64,000 nt of DNA, taken from contig OZ243938.1 in NCBI GenBank assembly GCA_965214095.1, positions 4,736,001 to 4,800,000 on the forward strand. Reading direction: 5' to 3'. Shown one piece after another: positions 9,511-20,568 of the stretch. A program made the position numbers and the translations under genes. The stretch is from Candidatus Poribacteria bacterium. Its GTDB lineage: Bacteria; Poribacteria; WGA-4E; WGA-3G. The notes under the pieces are model-generated. The model ran no database searches. It was not told the DNA's origin and saw only the letters and a list, made by a program, of their open reading frames with translations. Positions within the stretch are counted from its first letter, which is position 1; each line of letters begins with the position of its first letter.

Positions 9511-12486
9511 TTGTTAATGAGGAAAAAACAGATGAATATGAATGAATTACTTAATTTAAAATATACGATACCAGTATTGTTTTCTCGAACCACTTCCACA
9601 ATTACCTATAATAATAGCCGAGTATTGCGATTGATGTCCTGTTTGATAATTTTGGCAGTGCTCCTAATTGTCTATTGTTTACCTCAGCATGCTCATGCTA
9701 AGTTGTCACCATTTATTTTTTTTCATGGGACTCTTTTCAGTCAAACACCAAAGGATTCTGAAATAGCAGATAAGAAAATTGCTGAACAGAAAAAATCCGC
9801 TAAAATGAAGGATGAGAAAGAATACAAGGAAAACAAATCTATAAAGGTTTTGGACCCATCAGCATTTTATGGATCACAGGAAAACCGTTTGTTCTCCGGA
9901 CCACAAACTGGTGAAATGCTCCCACCGTTCCAAGTTAAAGGAATTGATGGTAAGAGATTTGATATAGCTACCCACACAGATGGAAAACCTATCGTTTTAT
10001 TCCTGCAAGATGCCAATGGTGTCGGCATAAAAGGTCTTGCAAATGCGATCCGCATGTTACAATATATTGATAGAATTCATAAACGACAAGAGACAACTAA
10101 TGCGGAACAATCTAATCGAGGACTACAGATAGGTGTTGTCATCCTCGCAGATGATATAGATGAATTGCCTGAATGGGCGCGGAATATGTATAAAAATGAA
10201 ATTCCAAATTTCGTATTAAGAGGAATATCTCAAGATGGACGTGAAGGACCAGGAAGCTATGGATTGAACCGTAATGTAGCACAGACCGTCATTGTGGCAA
10301 AAGATGGAAAAGTCTTGCACAATTTGGCTTTCACACAACCGATGCTCTATACAGACCCATACCTCCTTGGTGCCATCGCACAAGCGATTGAAGTAGAACC
10401 CGTTACACTGGAGAAGTGGCTGAATGAAGCGTCAGCGAAACGGTATAAGGAAGACGATTTGGACAAGAAGACAATCGCTTCTAAGTTTGCCGAACTTCAA
10501 ATAGCCATCAGGAATGGAAAAATACCAAGATCGGAGGTGGCAGAACATCTCAAAAAACTGGGAATCACTTGGGAAGAAGGTGAACAACTTCTCAAGAAGG
10601 CAGAAGGTGATACTCAGATGATGCACGGAGAACGCCGATACGAAAATCGTCGTCAAGTAGAAGTTGCTGACCCAGCAGATTTTGGCACGTCAGATGAAAA
10701 ACAGATATTTTCTGGACCGCAACCCGGTGAGAAACTTCCACCATTGAAGGCAACTGGGATACGCGGTGCAGCAAAAGGTAAAACATTCGATTTTATTGCC
10801 AAAACTGATGGACAACCGCTTGTCCTCCTCTTGCAAGACGAGAGTGGCGTTGGGTTGCGTGGGTTGTATGATATTGCAGGTGTTGTTGATAAAATATCCA
10901 ACAAATCCGACAAAGACTTGCACATCAGCGTTGTATTTTTCAGCGATGATTCCGCTGCGTTGAAACAAATCACACAGCATGTGCCGAAGAACGTTTCATT
11001 AGTCGGTATTTCTCCTGATGGTCGTGAAGGACCGGGGAACTACGGATTGAACCGTAATGTGGCACAGACAGTTATCATCGCAAAGGATGGAAAAGTGCTT
11101 CATAACTTCGCTTTCACACAACCTTTGCTCTATGCTGACCCACATGTCATCGGTGCCATAGCGCAGACAATTGGAGCGGATCCGTCATCAGTAGAGAAAT
11201 GGTTGAATGAAGCATCTGCTGAAGATGCACGTCCGGAACGCGGCGGAGGACAAATGGAGGATAAAAGCAGCCGCACGGAAGAGATACGCAAAGAACTCAA
11301 TAGACTTCGTGAAAAGTTGCAGCGCACAAAAGAAAGCCTCTCCGCAGCAATGACGAAGAGTAAAAAGGATAGACTTGCTCAATTGGGAGAACTGAGCGGA
11401 CAGCTCAAAGCGGATATGAAAGTATTGCGGCATCTAATTGAAACCGTCTCCGCAGCAAAGCGGGAGGGTAAAAAGATTGAGGTTGATCATCACTTGGAAG
11501 AACTGGTCAAACAGGTTGACGAAATGGCCAGCGGAATATCGCGGCATCTAACTGAAACCTTCTCCGCAGCAGAGCGGGAGAGCAAAAACCGATATAGTAG
11601 AGGTAACGTTGAAGTTAAGAATCCCGCTGAGTTCAAGAAGGTACAAGGCGCAACGCTCTTCTCTGGTCCACAACCCAGTGAAAAACTGCCACAATTGATG
11701 GTTAAGGGGCTCAATGGTGACGTTAAGGACAAAACTTACGATGTCATCGCCAAGGCAGATGGAGAACCACTCGTTCTTTTCCTTCAAGACGAAAGTGGTC
11801 TCGGTTTGCGTGGGTTAGCTGGTGTTTCTCGTCTACTCGCTCAAATCAACGAGAAGTCTAAACAGAAAATGCATATCAGTGCTGTGTTCTTAGGGGACAC
11901 ACCCGATACCTTGGAGAATCAAGCCAGTAAGTTAGTCCCACATATTCCTAATGGTGTCTTACTTGGTATCTCTCAGGACGGTCGGGAAGGTCCAGGCAGC
12001 TACGGGTTAAATCGTAATGTAGCGCAAACGGTTATCATCGCCAAAGATGGAAAAGTGCTTTACAACTTTGCTTTCGCACAACCGATGCTCCGTCCCGACC
12101 CTTATGTGCTTGGTGCTATCGGAGAAGCAATTGATGTCAAACCTGCTATGCTTGAAAGATGGTTGAACGTAAAAAATCCAATTATCAAAATCAAAAATCC
12201 CGCAGAGGGTGAAGAAGCTGGTAAAATGCTCTTAACCGGAACTCTTGTATTAAACGGATCAGTTGTACACTTAGATGGAACCGTTGTACAGTTTGATGAA
12301 TTGATTACATTCCTCCGTAACTTACCTGAAAAACAAAAATCTATGCTTATTATTCAATCAGAACAAGATGTACTTCATGAACAGATTGTCAAAGTGATGG
12401 ATATAGCAAAAGAGGCGGGTATTAAAGAAATTGGATTCGGACTTAATAATGTTAACAATAAGCGTATGGAAAGCGGCAGTGAATAA
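9511..12486 (+). CDS. Exported protein with three Cys-less redoxin-like repeats and a C-terminal ExbD/TolR-like domain
   Basis: Three copies of SGPQxGExLP...EGPGxYGLNRNVAQTVIxAKDGKVL; C-terminus IIQSEQDVLHEQIVKVMDIAKEAGIKEIGF is ExbD-like. Start codon uncertain. Confidence 0.7.
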   Translation: MLMRKKQMNMNELLNLKYTIPVLFSRTTSTITYNNSRVLRLMSCLIILAVLLIVYCLPQHAHAKLSPFIFFHGTLFSQTPKDSEIADKKIAEQKKSAKMKDEKEYKENKSIKVLDPSAFYGSQENRLFSGPQTGEMLPPFQVKGIDGKRFDIATHTDGKPIVLFLQDANGVGIKGLANAIRMLQYIDRIHKRQETTNAEQSNRGLQIGVVILADDIDELPEWARNMYKNEIPNFVLRGISQDGREGPGSYGLNRNVAQTVIVAKDGKVLHNLAFTQPMLYTDPYLLGAIAQAIEVEPVTLEKWLNEASAKRYKEDDLDKKTIASKFAELQIAIRNGKIPRSEVAEHLKKLGITWEEGEQLLKKAEGDTQMMHGERRYENRRQVEVADPADFGTSDEKQIFSGPQPGEKLPPLKATGIRGAAKGKTFDFIAKTDGQPLVLLLQDESGVGLRGLYDIAGVVDKISNKSDKDLHISVVFFSDDSAALKQITQHVPKNVSLVGISPDGREGPGNYGLNRNVAQTVIIAKDGKVLHNFAFTQPLLYADPHVIGAIAQTIGADPSSVEKWLNEASAEDARPERGGGQMEDKSSRTEEIRKELNRLREKLQRTKESLSAAMTKSKKDRLAQLGELSGQLKADMKVLRHLIETVSAAKREGKKIEVDHHLEELVKQVDEMASGISRHLTETFSAAERESKNRYSRGNVEVKNPAEFKKVQGATLFSGPQPSEKLPQLMVKGLNGDVKDKTYDVIAKADGEPLVLFLQDESGLGLRGLAGVSRLLAQINEKSKQKMHISAVFLGDTPDTLENQASKLVPHIPNGVLLGISQDGREGPGSYGLNRNVAQTVIIAKDGKVLYNFAFAQPMLRPDPYVLGAIGEAIDVKPAMLERWLNVKNPIIKIKNPAEGEEAGKMLLTGTLVLNGSVVHLDGTVVQFDELITFLRNLPEKQKSMLIIQSEQDVLHEQIVKVMDIAKEAGIKEIGFGLNNVNNKRMESGSE

Positions 12487-12500
12487 ATGCGCGATGCAAA

Positions 12501-12567
12501 GTAGTAGGCACACTCCGTGTGCCGTAATCATTTCGCTTGTGGACGACACGCGGAGTGTGCCTACTAC
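12501..12567. repeat. REP doublet (GTAG-type)
   Basis: GTAGTAGGCACACTCCGTGTGCCGT and an inverted copy ending CGGAGTGTGCCTACTAC; single copies at 22112-22136 and 52281-52305. Confidence 0.75.
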
Positions 12568-12667
12568 CATGTCCAAATGATTCTCAAGGTTGAAAACCCG
12601 CCAAATTGCCAAAGCGCATTTGACGTTGATTCAAAAAACAAAGCAGGTGTGATATGAGGAGAAACAA

Positions 12668-14029
12668 ATGAACGCAGTAAAACGATGTGATGGAGTCAGT
12701 CGTCGAGACTTCTTACGGGTTGGTGGATTAGCAGCACTTGGTTTAGGATTAGGTGACTTTTTTCACTTACAACGCGTCTTTGCAGACAATAATATCATCA
12801 CAGCAAAGGCAAAATCCTGTATCCTAATATGGTTGGATGGAGGTCCCAGTCATCTGGAAACCTTTGATCCGAAACCTGATGCTCCACAAGAGGTTCGAGG
12901 ACCACTGAAAACCATTCCTACAAATGTTACGGGAATACAAATTAGTGAATGCCTGGAACAAACAGCGAGTATAATGGATAAATTCGCGATCATTCGTTCA
13001 ATGACATCACCGCTTGGTGAACACAACCTTGGCACCCAATACTTGATGACAGGCTACAAACCTACACCTGCGTTGGAGTATCCGACTTTTGGATCAACGA
13101 TCGCCTATATCAGATCACAAAATGCTCAGAAGTCTGATGGTGATGCATTATCTGCTTTACCACCTAACATCGCAGTTCCAAACTTCACTGGTGAATTATC
13201 AGGAAACGGATACCTACCAAGTGCAACTCGCCCGTTTTCTGTTGGTGGTGAGTCCAAAGACAGTGATTTTAAGGTGCGCGACCTTGACTTTTATGAAGGG
13301 ATTGATTTGACGCGTCTTTCACGCCGTAAACAGTTTGTCAATGCACTCAATGAATTTAGTAATGCAAAAGACGCAGATGGCACTACAAAAACGGATCCGG
13401 ATTTAGAACGTGCCTACAATCTGATTACATCTCCTGAAGCAAAAGCTGCTTTTTCACTCTCAGAAGAACCGCGGGATATACGTCAACGTTATGGACAAGG
13501 CGGCGTGAACGGTATCGGACATGCATGTCTACTTGCACGAAGGTTAGTGGAACGAGGAGTTCCATTTGTGACAGTCAATCATGCTGGATGGGACACACAT
13601 CAAGATATATTCACACTCAAGGAACGTTATCCAACAGACAGAAATGCCCATCTGCCATCTCTTGATCGCGCATTGAGCGCGCTGATTCAAGACCTTACGG
13701 ACAGGCGTATGTTGGATGAAACGCTCGTTGTTGTCATGGGTGAGTTCGGTCGCACACCAAAAATTAACTCGCAAGGTGGACGGGATCATTGGCCTAATGT
13801 GTTCAGTGTGATGTTGGCTGGCGGCGGTGTGCAGGGAGGACAGATTATAGGGAGCAGCGATGCACTCGGTGAATTTCCAAAAGAACGTCTCGTGACACCA
13901 TCGGATCTCTCAGCTACAATCTACACGCTACTCGGCATTGACCCGAGTCTTGAACTTCATACCAGCGACGGGAGACCCGTACGCGTTGCCCCGGACGGTG
14001 CTAAGGTCGTTTCCGAATTATTTGCGTAA
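12668..14029 (+). CDS. DUF1501 family protein with Tat signal
   Basis: SRRDFL Tat motif; GGPSHLETFDPKP, GWDTH, GEFGRTP and GRDHW motifs. Confidence 0.92.
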   Translation: MNAVKRCDGVSRRDFLRVGGLAALGLGLGDFFHLQRVFADNNIITAKAKSCILIWLDGGPSHLETFDPKPDAPQEVRGPLKTIPTNVTGIQISECLEQTASIMDKFAIIRSMTSPLGEHNLGTQYLMTGYKPTPALEYPTFGSTIAYIRSQNAQKSDGDALSALPPNIAVPNFTGELSGNGYLPSATRPFSVGGESKDSDFKVRDLDFYEGIDLTRLSRRKQFVNALNEFSNAKDADGTTKTDPDLERAYNLITSPEAKAAFSLSEEPRDIRQRYGQGGVNGIGHACLLARRLVERGVPFVTVNHAGWDTHQDIFTLKERYPTDRNAHLPSLDRALSALIQDLTDRRMLDETLVVVMGEFGRTPKINSQGGRDHWPNVFSVMLAGGGVQGGQIIGSSDALGEFPKERLVTPSDLSATIYTLLGIDPSLELHTSDGRPVRVAPDGAKVVSELFA

Positions 14030-14043
14030 GTACGAGGTGAATA

Positions 14044-16260
14044 ATGAAGGTAATCAAGATAATCCTAATCACATCGGTACTAACTTTGTGTGGATATTTG
14101 GTTCAAACTGTAACGTATGCCAATGAATACCAAACACCTAATCAATCCTCAGTTACGAATGATTTTGTTGATTTCGAGAATGACTTGATACCGATCTTTA
14201 CAAAGTTTGGGTGTAATGCTGGAGCATGTCATGGCTCAGCCGCAGGTAGAGGTGAGTTCAAGTTATCGCTCTTTGGCGGCAATCCACAAGCGGACTATAA
14301 GTCAATTGTTCGACAACTCGCGGGCAGACGTATCAACCTAATGCATCCTGAGCAAAGCCTTGTCATTCTAAAACCGACAGCACAAATCAGCCATGGAGGC
14401 GGTCAGGTCTTGGACGAAAATGGAGAAGCTGCGCGAATACTCCGCAACTGGATCCAACAAGGTGCCTCCTACGAAACGTTACGTCAATTAGAACGTATTG
14501 AAATATCACCACAAAAACAAGTGATAACAAATCTTGAAAGTCCAATTCAACTGCAAGCAAAGGCATTTTTTTCTGATGCTACATCGGAAGATGTTACTCG
14601 ATGGACTGTTTTTACGCCAGAGGATACATCCGCAATTGAAATTGATGAATCAACTGCGATAGCAAAATTGAATCGTCCAGGTCGGCAAATCATTCTTGCT
14701 CGTTACCTAACGGAAGTTGTACCGATAGAACTTATTGCACCTCTAAACAATGCAAAAATACAGAACAATCAAAATACAGTAGAAGAATCCCAACCTACAA
14801 CATCAGCTGACACAATCATTGATAACGAAGTTCATAAATTACTTTCTATTTTGAAATTGCCTACTTCTGACACTATAGATGATGTAACCTTTTTGCGGAG
14901 GGTGACACTTGATCTCACTGGACGTATTCCCACTACGGATGCGGTCAAAGCATATACAGCAGATGCCAGTAGAAAGAAAAGAGAGAATTTGGTTGATAAA
15001 TTGCTTGAGTCAAACGAATTCAACGAGTATTGGACTCTGCAATTTGCTAAACTGCTACGGATTGGTGCTAAGGAAAGAAACACACAAGGTGCGGATGTCT
15101 ACCACCAATGGCTTTCAAATCAGATTAGAAAAGGTGTTGGATATGACAAGATTGCGCGTTCTGTAATTTTGGCTACGGGTGATTCACATGAGATTGGTCC
15201 AGCGAATTTTTACCGAACTGTGAATGGTCCGCGTGAACAAGCGGAATTTATGAGTGAACTCTTCATGGGTGTCCGGTTGCGGTGTGCAAATTGTCATAAT
15301 CACCCACTCGACAAGTGGACACAGGACGATTATCACGGATTAACTGCAATCTTCGCAAAAATTGAAGATGAACAAGTCGTCAAAGTAAAACCTTCTGCTG
15401 AAGTTATTCATCCAGCAACACGAGAAAAGGCAATTCCACGTATTCCCGGTGAAGAGTACTTACCTTTAGATATCTCTGATGGTCGGGGTGAATTAGTTGA
15501 ATGGCTTACAAATACAGATAATCCATATTTTGCAAAAGCCATTGTGAATCGACTATGGAAAGCAATGATGGGTCGAGGTTTAGTTGAACCTGTTGATGAT
15601 TTTCGTTCAACCAATCCCGCCACACATCCTGAATTATTGACTGCTTTAGCAGAGGACTTTGTAAAACATGGATATGAAATGAGGCGAACACTACGACTCA
15701 TTGCCCTAAGTGACGCTTATGCACGCAGTTCCTATGCCCTACCGGAAAACAGATCAGATGATCGCTTCTACTCTCATACAGTAAAGAAACCACTATCACC
15801 AGAGGTGTTAGCTGATGCAATTTCTGATGTTCTTGGCGTGCCAGATTCGTATGGCAACGAACCGATAGGCACACGCGCTATCTCACTTGTTAATCCAAAT
15901 ACAGAATCTGACGCACTTGACATACTCGGTAGATGTTCACGTGAAACTTCATGCGAGAATTCGGATGAAGCAATCGACGGTCTTCAACGAAAACTTCATC
16001 TATTCAACGGTGACCTTCTCAATGCGCGAATCGGTGTTAAAGACAGTAGATTGGATAAACTGCTTACTCAAAATAAATCCGCGAGGGATATTGTTACAGA
16101 TTTCTACATTGCTGCATTAAGTCGGTATCCAACGGATAGTGATATAGCATTCTGGGAACAACACATTGATTTCAATACGTCTGCAGAATCACAACAGGCA
16201 GTTCTTGAGGATATGGTGTGGAGTCTCCTGACATGCAATGAATTTGTGATGAATCATTAA
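14044..16260 (+). CDS. DUF1549/DUF1553 (PSCyt2/PSD1) domain protein
   Basis: GCNAGACHG, FLRRVTLDLTGRIPT, CANCHNHP (CxxCH) and AIVNRLWKAMMGRGLVEPVDD motifs. Confidence 0.9.
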   Translation: MKVIKIILITSVLTLCGYLVQTVTYANEYQTPNQSSVTNDFVDFENDLIPIFTKFGCNAGACHGSAAGRGEFKLSLFGGNPQADYKSIVRQLAGRRINLMHPEQSLVILKPTAQISHGGGQVLDENGEAARILRNWIQQGASYETLRQLERIEISPQKQVITNLESPIQLQAKAFFSDATSEDVTRWTVFTPEDTSAIEIDESTAIAKLNRPGRQIILARYLTEVVPIELIAPLNNAKIQNNQNTVEESQPTTSADTIIDNEVHKLLSILKLPTSDTIDDVTFLRRVTLDLTGRIPTTDAVKAYTADASRKKRENLVDKLLESNEFNEYWTLQFAKLLRIGAKERNTQGADVYHQWLSNQIRKGVGYDKIARSVILATGDSHEIGPANFYRTVNGPREQAEFMSELFMGVRLRCANCHNHPLDKWTQDDYHGLTAIFAKIEDEQVVKVKPSAEVIHPATREKAIPRIPGEEYLPLDISDGRGELVEWLTNTDNPYFAKAIVNRLWKAMMGRGLVEPVDDFRSTNPATHPELLTALAEDFVKHGYEMRRTLRLIALSDAYARSSYALPENRSDDRFYSHTVKKPLSPEVLADAISDVLGVPDSYGNEPIGTRAISLVNPNTESDALDILGRCSRETSCENSDEAIDGLQRKLHLFNGDLLNARIGVKDSRLDKLLTQNKSARDIVTDFYIAALSRYPTDSDIAFWEQHIDFNTSAESQQAVLEDMVWSLLTCNEFVMNH

Positions 16261-16277
16261 CAAACCAAGAAATAAGT

Positions 16278-17621
16278 ATGTACCATAAAGACATTCTGGC
16301 AATCATAACAATAATATCTCTTCTTCTTCTTTTCATACCTTCTACTTCAGACCTATCTGCTAACCCTCAAACTGAAGTGGATTTTGAAAAGTCAATCTTA
16401 CCTATCTTACAGAACCGATGTTTCAAATGCCATAGTGCATCTAATATAGATCCAAACGGTAACGTCACCAAACCGAAGGGTGGTGTTCAACTGGACAGTG
16501 TGATGGGTATTCGGGAGAGTCTGCATGGTAAAGTTATAGTCGCAGGTGAACCTGATGATAGCCTTCTTTATCATCGTATTACATTACCAGAAGGCGAAAC
16601 AGGTATTATGCCACCAACAGAAGATAGCACTCCACTAACAAAACAGGAAACGGATCAATTTGAAGAGTGGATTAAGCAAGGTGCAGACTTTGGTGACTGG
16701 GAAGGGAATCAATCACAACACAATCCATCAAAATCAAACATACATCAACCTACCGTCATGCCGCCAATTACCTCACTTGTGTTTTCTCCAGATGGTAAAT
16801 CTGTGATTGCATGTTCACAAGCGGGATTGCATATTTACGATTATCCATCACTTAACCAAACAAAGTTGATGGAAGTGAAAGCATACAATATCCATGATGT
16901 CGCATTTTCACCCAATGGTGACCGGTTAGCAGTAGGCGGCGGCAATCCAGCAACTGCGGGTATTATAGAGATATTCTCATGGAATGAGTTAAAGTCACTC
17001 CGCTTCCTTAAACAACATAAAGATTCTGTTATGGCTGTATCTTGGCAGGATAATAATACTCTCGCCTCAGCAAGTTTGGACAGAAGTATCATCTTGTGGG
17101 ACCTATCAACAGGAAAACCGATTAAGCAGTTTGAAGGACATTCGCGAGGTGTATCATCTCTCTGTTTTCTCAATGACAATCAACTTCTTGTGAGTACTGG
17201 AATAGACCAAAACATTCGAGTTTGGGACTTAAATTCCGGTGAGTTACTACGAAGTATGAACAATCACACGCTTCCTGTACACGATCTTGCCTTACGTCCA
17301 AATGATTCTGGCCTACCTATGCTCGTTTCTGTAGGTGATGACAAAACCGTTCGATTCTGGCAACCGACAATCGGTAGAATGGTAAAGTTTGCTCGTTTGA
17401 AGGGAACACCGTTGGACGTATCGTGGATGCAAAACGGCACTCAAGTCATAACTGCCTGTGATGATGGTATGATACGTATTGTTGATCCAGAATCAGTGGA
17501 AATTACTGCCGAGATTCAAGGAATATCAGGTTGGATTTATGCCCTTGCGGTACATCCTACCGATGGTAGTATCACAATCGGCGGTGTAAACGGTCAAGTG
17601 AAACGGGTTATACCGAAGTAA
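16278..17621 (+). CDS. Planctomycete cytochrome c domain plus WD40 repeat protein
   Basis: VDFEKSILPILQNRCFKCH...MPP...WIKQGA, followed by GH..WD repeats. Confidence 0.88.
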   Translation: MYHKDILAIITIISLLLLFIPSTSDLSANPQTEVDFEKSILPILQNRCFKCHSASNIDPNGNVTKPKGGVQLDSVMGIRESLHGKVIVAGEPDDSLLYHRITLPEGETGIMPPTEDSTPLTKQETDQFEEWIKQGADFGDWEGNQSQHNPSKSNIHQPTVMPPITSLVFSPDGKSVIACSQAGLHIYDYPSLNQTKLMEVKAYNIHDVAFSPNGDRLAVGGGNPATAGIIEIFSWNELKSLRFLKQHKDSVMAVSWQDNNTLASASLDRSIILWDLSTGKPIKQFEGHSRGVSSLCFLNDNQLLVSTGIDQNIRVWDLNSGELLRSMNNHTLPVHDLALRPNDSGLPMLVSVGDDKTVRFWQPTIGRMVKFARLKGTPLDVSWMQNGTQVITACDDGMIRIVDPESVEITAEIQGISGWIYALAVHPTDGSITIGGVNGQVKRVIPK

Positions 17622-17628
17622 CGTCTAT

Positions 17629-17766
17629 TATAGTAAAAACCATAATTATTTATACACTACGGTAGGTTCGGTTTCCTAACCGAACCGATGTTTGTTCAGT
17701 TTCATAGATGCGGTTAGGAAACCGCATCTACTGGGGAGTGTGCCCGTGTTTTTACATATCACTATA
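17629..17766 (+). repeat. MITE-like repeat family A, copy 2
   Basis: 138 bp, TATAGT...ACTATA termini, near-identical to 7272-7409. Confidence 0.85.
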
Positions 17767-17828
17767 TAATAAAGACGTAGTCAGAACTTCAATTTGTGGA
17801 ATTTATATTAAACTTAAGGAAATCATTA

Positions 17829-18653
17829 ATGCAGAAATACCATTGTTTAGCCGCGATATTCACTGTTTGTTGTATAGTGTCATTTGTGGGTTGTGCGAAA
17901 ATACAGGAAGAGCCAAATTCCGTTGAAACCAATGCATCAATGGAAGAACCCGCTGATAAACCAAAAGATGTTTTAATTTATATAGGAAGCACATCATGGA
18001 TTACTATTGAACTTGCAGCAGTTGAAGCAAACACGACAAAAAACCTATTGGAATCCAAAGGAATTCAAGCAGCGATTACAGAGAGTGTAGATACGGTAAG
18101 TGAATGGATGATTGAAACAACTGCAAACGGAAAAGCGAATGTATGTATACTCTACGGTGTGATACCTGCAACTATTTATGCTGCAGGAAATACACAGCCT
18201 GAGGGGTCTATTGCAGAAAACTGGATTGAATCTACGGATGGTGATACGTTGCTGAACCACGGTGATTATTTTGGTTACTACAGTTCAGATGAAACACCTA
18301 ACAGCAAAGCAACGCTACAAAATCTGATGGACCTTCCTCATCTTGATATTAATGTAGAGCATTTTGAAGAACTACAGATGCTAATCACTGATAGCGGAAG
18401 AACTTTAACCTCGAGTTTAGTTAGTTTTCAATCAGACAGACCTTTCCCATTGGAACAACTGGACGCTGAATGGTACGCAGAAAAGATATTTGCAAGTGAA
18501 TCTGGAGATGATGAACCAATAGGTGCAGATCCTATTATTCTAAGAGATGGTGATCGTGGTAGAATTGCGATGGTACATCAAACGCATCATGGGAAGAATC
18601 CGAAAGGGGCAGTTGCGGCAGAGATTATCATCAATTATTTAATAACTGAATAG
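17829..18653 (+). CDS. Hypothetical lipoprotein (paralog of 31540-32358)
   Basis: ATG at 17829 after AAGGA; lipobox FVGC; shares WIESTDGDTLLN..DYFGY and PIIxRDGDRGRIA with the paralog. Confidence 0.75.
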   Translation: MQKYHCLAAIFTVCCIVSFVGCAKIQEEPNSVETNASMEEPADKPKDVLIYIGSTSWITIELAAVEANTTKNLLESKGIQAAITESVDTVSEWMIETTANGKANVCILYGVIPATIYAAGNTQPEGSIAENWIESTDGDTLLNHGDYFGYYSSDETPNSKATLQNLMDLPHLDINVEHFEELQMLITDSGRTLTSSLVSFQSDRPFPLEQLDAEWYAEKIFASESGDDEPIGADPIILRDGDRGRIAMVHQTHHGKNPKGAVAAEIIINYLITE

Positions 18654-19568
18654 GATTAAAAGTTACTCTCAACCAAATCGAACAATCTGTCCTAACAACT
18701 ACGACCTTCATTCAATACAATTCTAATGCTGTTGCCTTCCCAACAGTCCAAAACATCATATAAAAATGTACCATAGAAGATTGGAGCAGACCACTTACTG
18801 CGACAATTTCAAATCCGCCCACGAAGTGGTAAGTTTGCCGCTTGCCGATACAAGTCCTTTTATTCGAACGGTTGCTAACTGCTCTCGTTCTCCCGCGTAT
18901 GATACATCTTCAATCCGATAATAGTAGACAGTATTCGGTTTAGCAGTGTTGTCTGTCCAGGTGTATTCATTGCGTTCAGCTGTTGTGCCAGCACCTTGTA
19001 CCATAGTCGGGTTGACAACCTTGAATTCTCCATCTTTTGTTTGACTACGGTAGATGAAGAATCCCGCATTGTCTACCTCTGATTCGGTTGTCCATTTGAT
19101 AACAACACCTTCCGCAGTCTGTTCAGCTTGGAAACTGGACAGGGAAACAGGCAACACACCGCCAAGTGTATAGCCAGGGTTTCCTACGTCTGTCCGATCT
19201 CCGTAGTAGGTAGACTTACCAAGTTTCGCATCCGTTGCACTTCGCCAACTTGATATTTCAGTGCCTGCAAGAGGGTTACGTGTTTGATGATGATAACGTC
19301 GGAGCATAGAAGTGCGCGCACCATTCTCAGTGGTCCCAGAAGGCAATTCCCATAGTGGTGTATCCTGCGTGTCACTATCACCATCAAGATTGCCAACTGT
19401 GTCTATTATTGCACCATTTCGTGACGATAGTCGTACGAAGAAACCATCTGAAGCGAGAAAAGATTGTCCTCTTACAGAAACCTGAAAATCTCCAAAACGA
19501 AAAGCAAAAAGGTCATAGACACGTCTGTCTGGAATGTTTTGCTTTGATTCTAATGTTTCACTTACTAT

Positions 19569-20568
19569 GAACTCATATTGAGTAAAACATAATAATGCTA
19601 TATAATAGGGAAACACAAGAGTTTATTTATGTCCTATTCTTTCACTTCATATATCTATAACTTATTGAAAGGTGTTGTTATGGCAGACAAGGTTCAAGAG
19701 CCCCTCAGATACAATGGTATTCCGAAGCAGGTTTCACGTAAGGATTTTAATCGTTATATCAAACCTCATCTAAAGAAACGCATAAAAGGTCCCAAACCGA
19801 AACTGTCTTTCTATAAGATATTCAACTATATCCTCTATGTTTTACATACCGGTATTCAATGGGATCAACTCCGCACACGGCGTAATGAACTCCATTGGTC
19901 TAACGTCTATAAATGGCATAATCGTTGGTCAAAAGATGGTTCTTATGAGAAACTTTTTGAAGCATCTGTCATACATCTTCATGATAGTGATCAACTTGAC
20001 ACCTCTTGTTTACATGGTGATGGTTCAAACACTGTTGTAAAAAAAGGGGTGACACCATAGGGTATTCAGGTCATAAACATCAAAAAGGTGAAAAAGAGGT
20101 GGCTATCACCGACAATAAAGGTTTTATCATTGGTCCAATAACCCTCAAACCAGTGAACCAACATGATACAACGATTTTGCCCGAGGCATTGACCGAACTC
20201 ATCTCCTTCAGCAATCGGATTGGCATGGCACTTGATGGTTCCGCGCTAACGCTGGATTCTGGTTTTGATTCCAAGGTGAATCATAAGATTATTAAAGAAC
20301 AAGGACTGATCCCAGTGATCTACCCTAACAAACGAAACACTAAAGAACCTATCGCTATCGCTCGCAAGTTCCGGTGGTTTAGAAAAGATATATACAAAGA
20401 CCGGTATAAAGTAGAGCGAACTTTCGGGTGGCAAGATACTTACCGAAGACTCGTTCTAAGTTATGATAAACTCAAAGAAACACGTTTAGGTTTTCGTAAT
20501 TTAGCATATTCAATGATAAATTTTCGAGCAACTTTCAACGATGCTTAGATGTTACTCGCTATGAGTTC
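19569..20568 (+). mobile_element. Complete IS5-family insertion sequence (IS427-like, frameshifted transposase)
   Basis: 17-bp TIRs GAACTCATATTGAGTAA / GAACTCATAGCGAGTAA (2 mismatches); 3-bp TAT target duplication at 19566-68 and 20569-71. Confidence 0.92.
19680..20548 (+). CDS. IS5-family transposase expressed through a -1 frameshift
   Basis: OrfA (ILYVLHTGIQW, HGDGS) and OrfB (LDSGFD, RYKVERTFGW) join at A7G4 (20039-20049); the -1 frame is open from the slippery site to 20548. Confidence 0.88.

Noticed and set aside
19566-19616. Independent 273-aa gene starting at 19616
   Set aside because: Its first residues come from the IS end; it is the 3' half of the interrupted gene.
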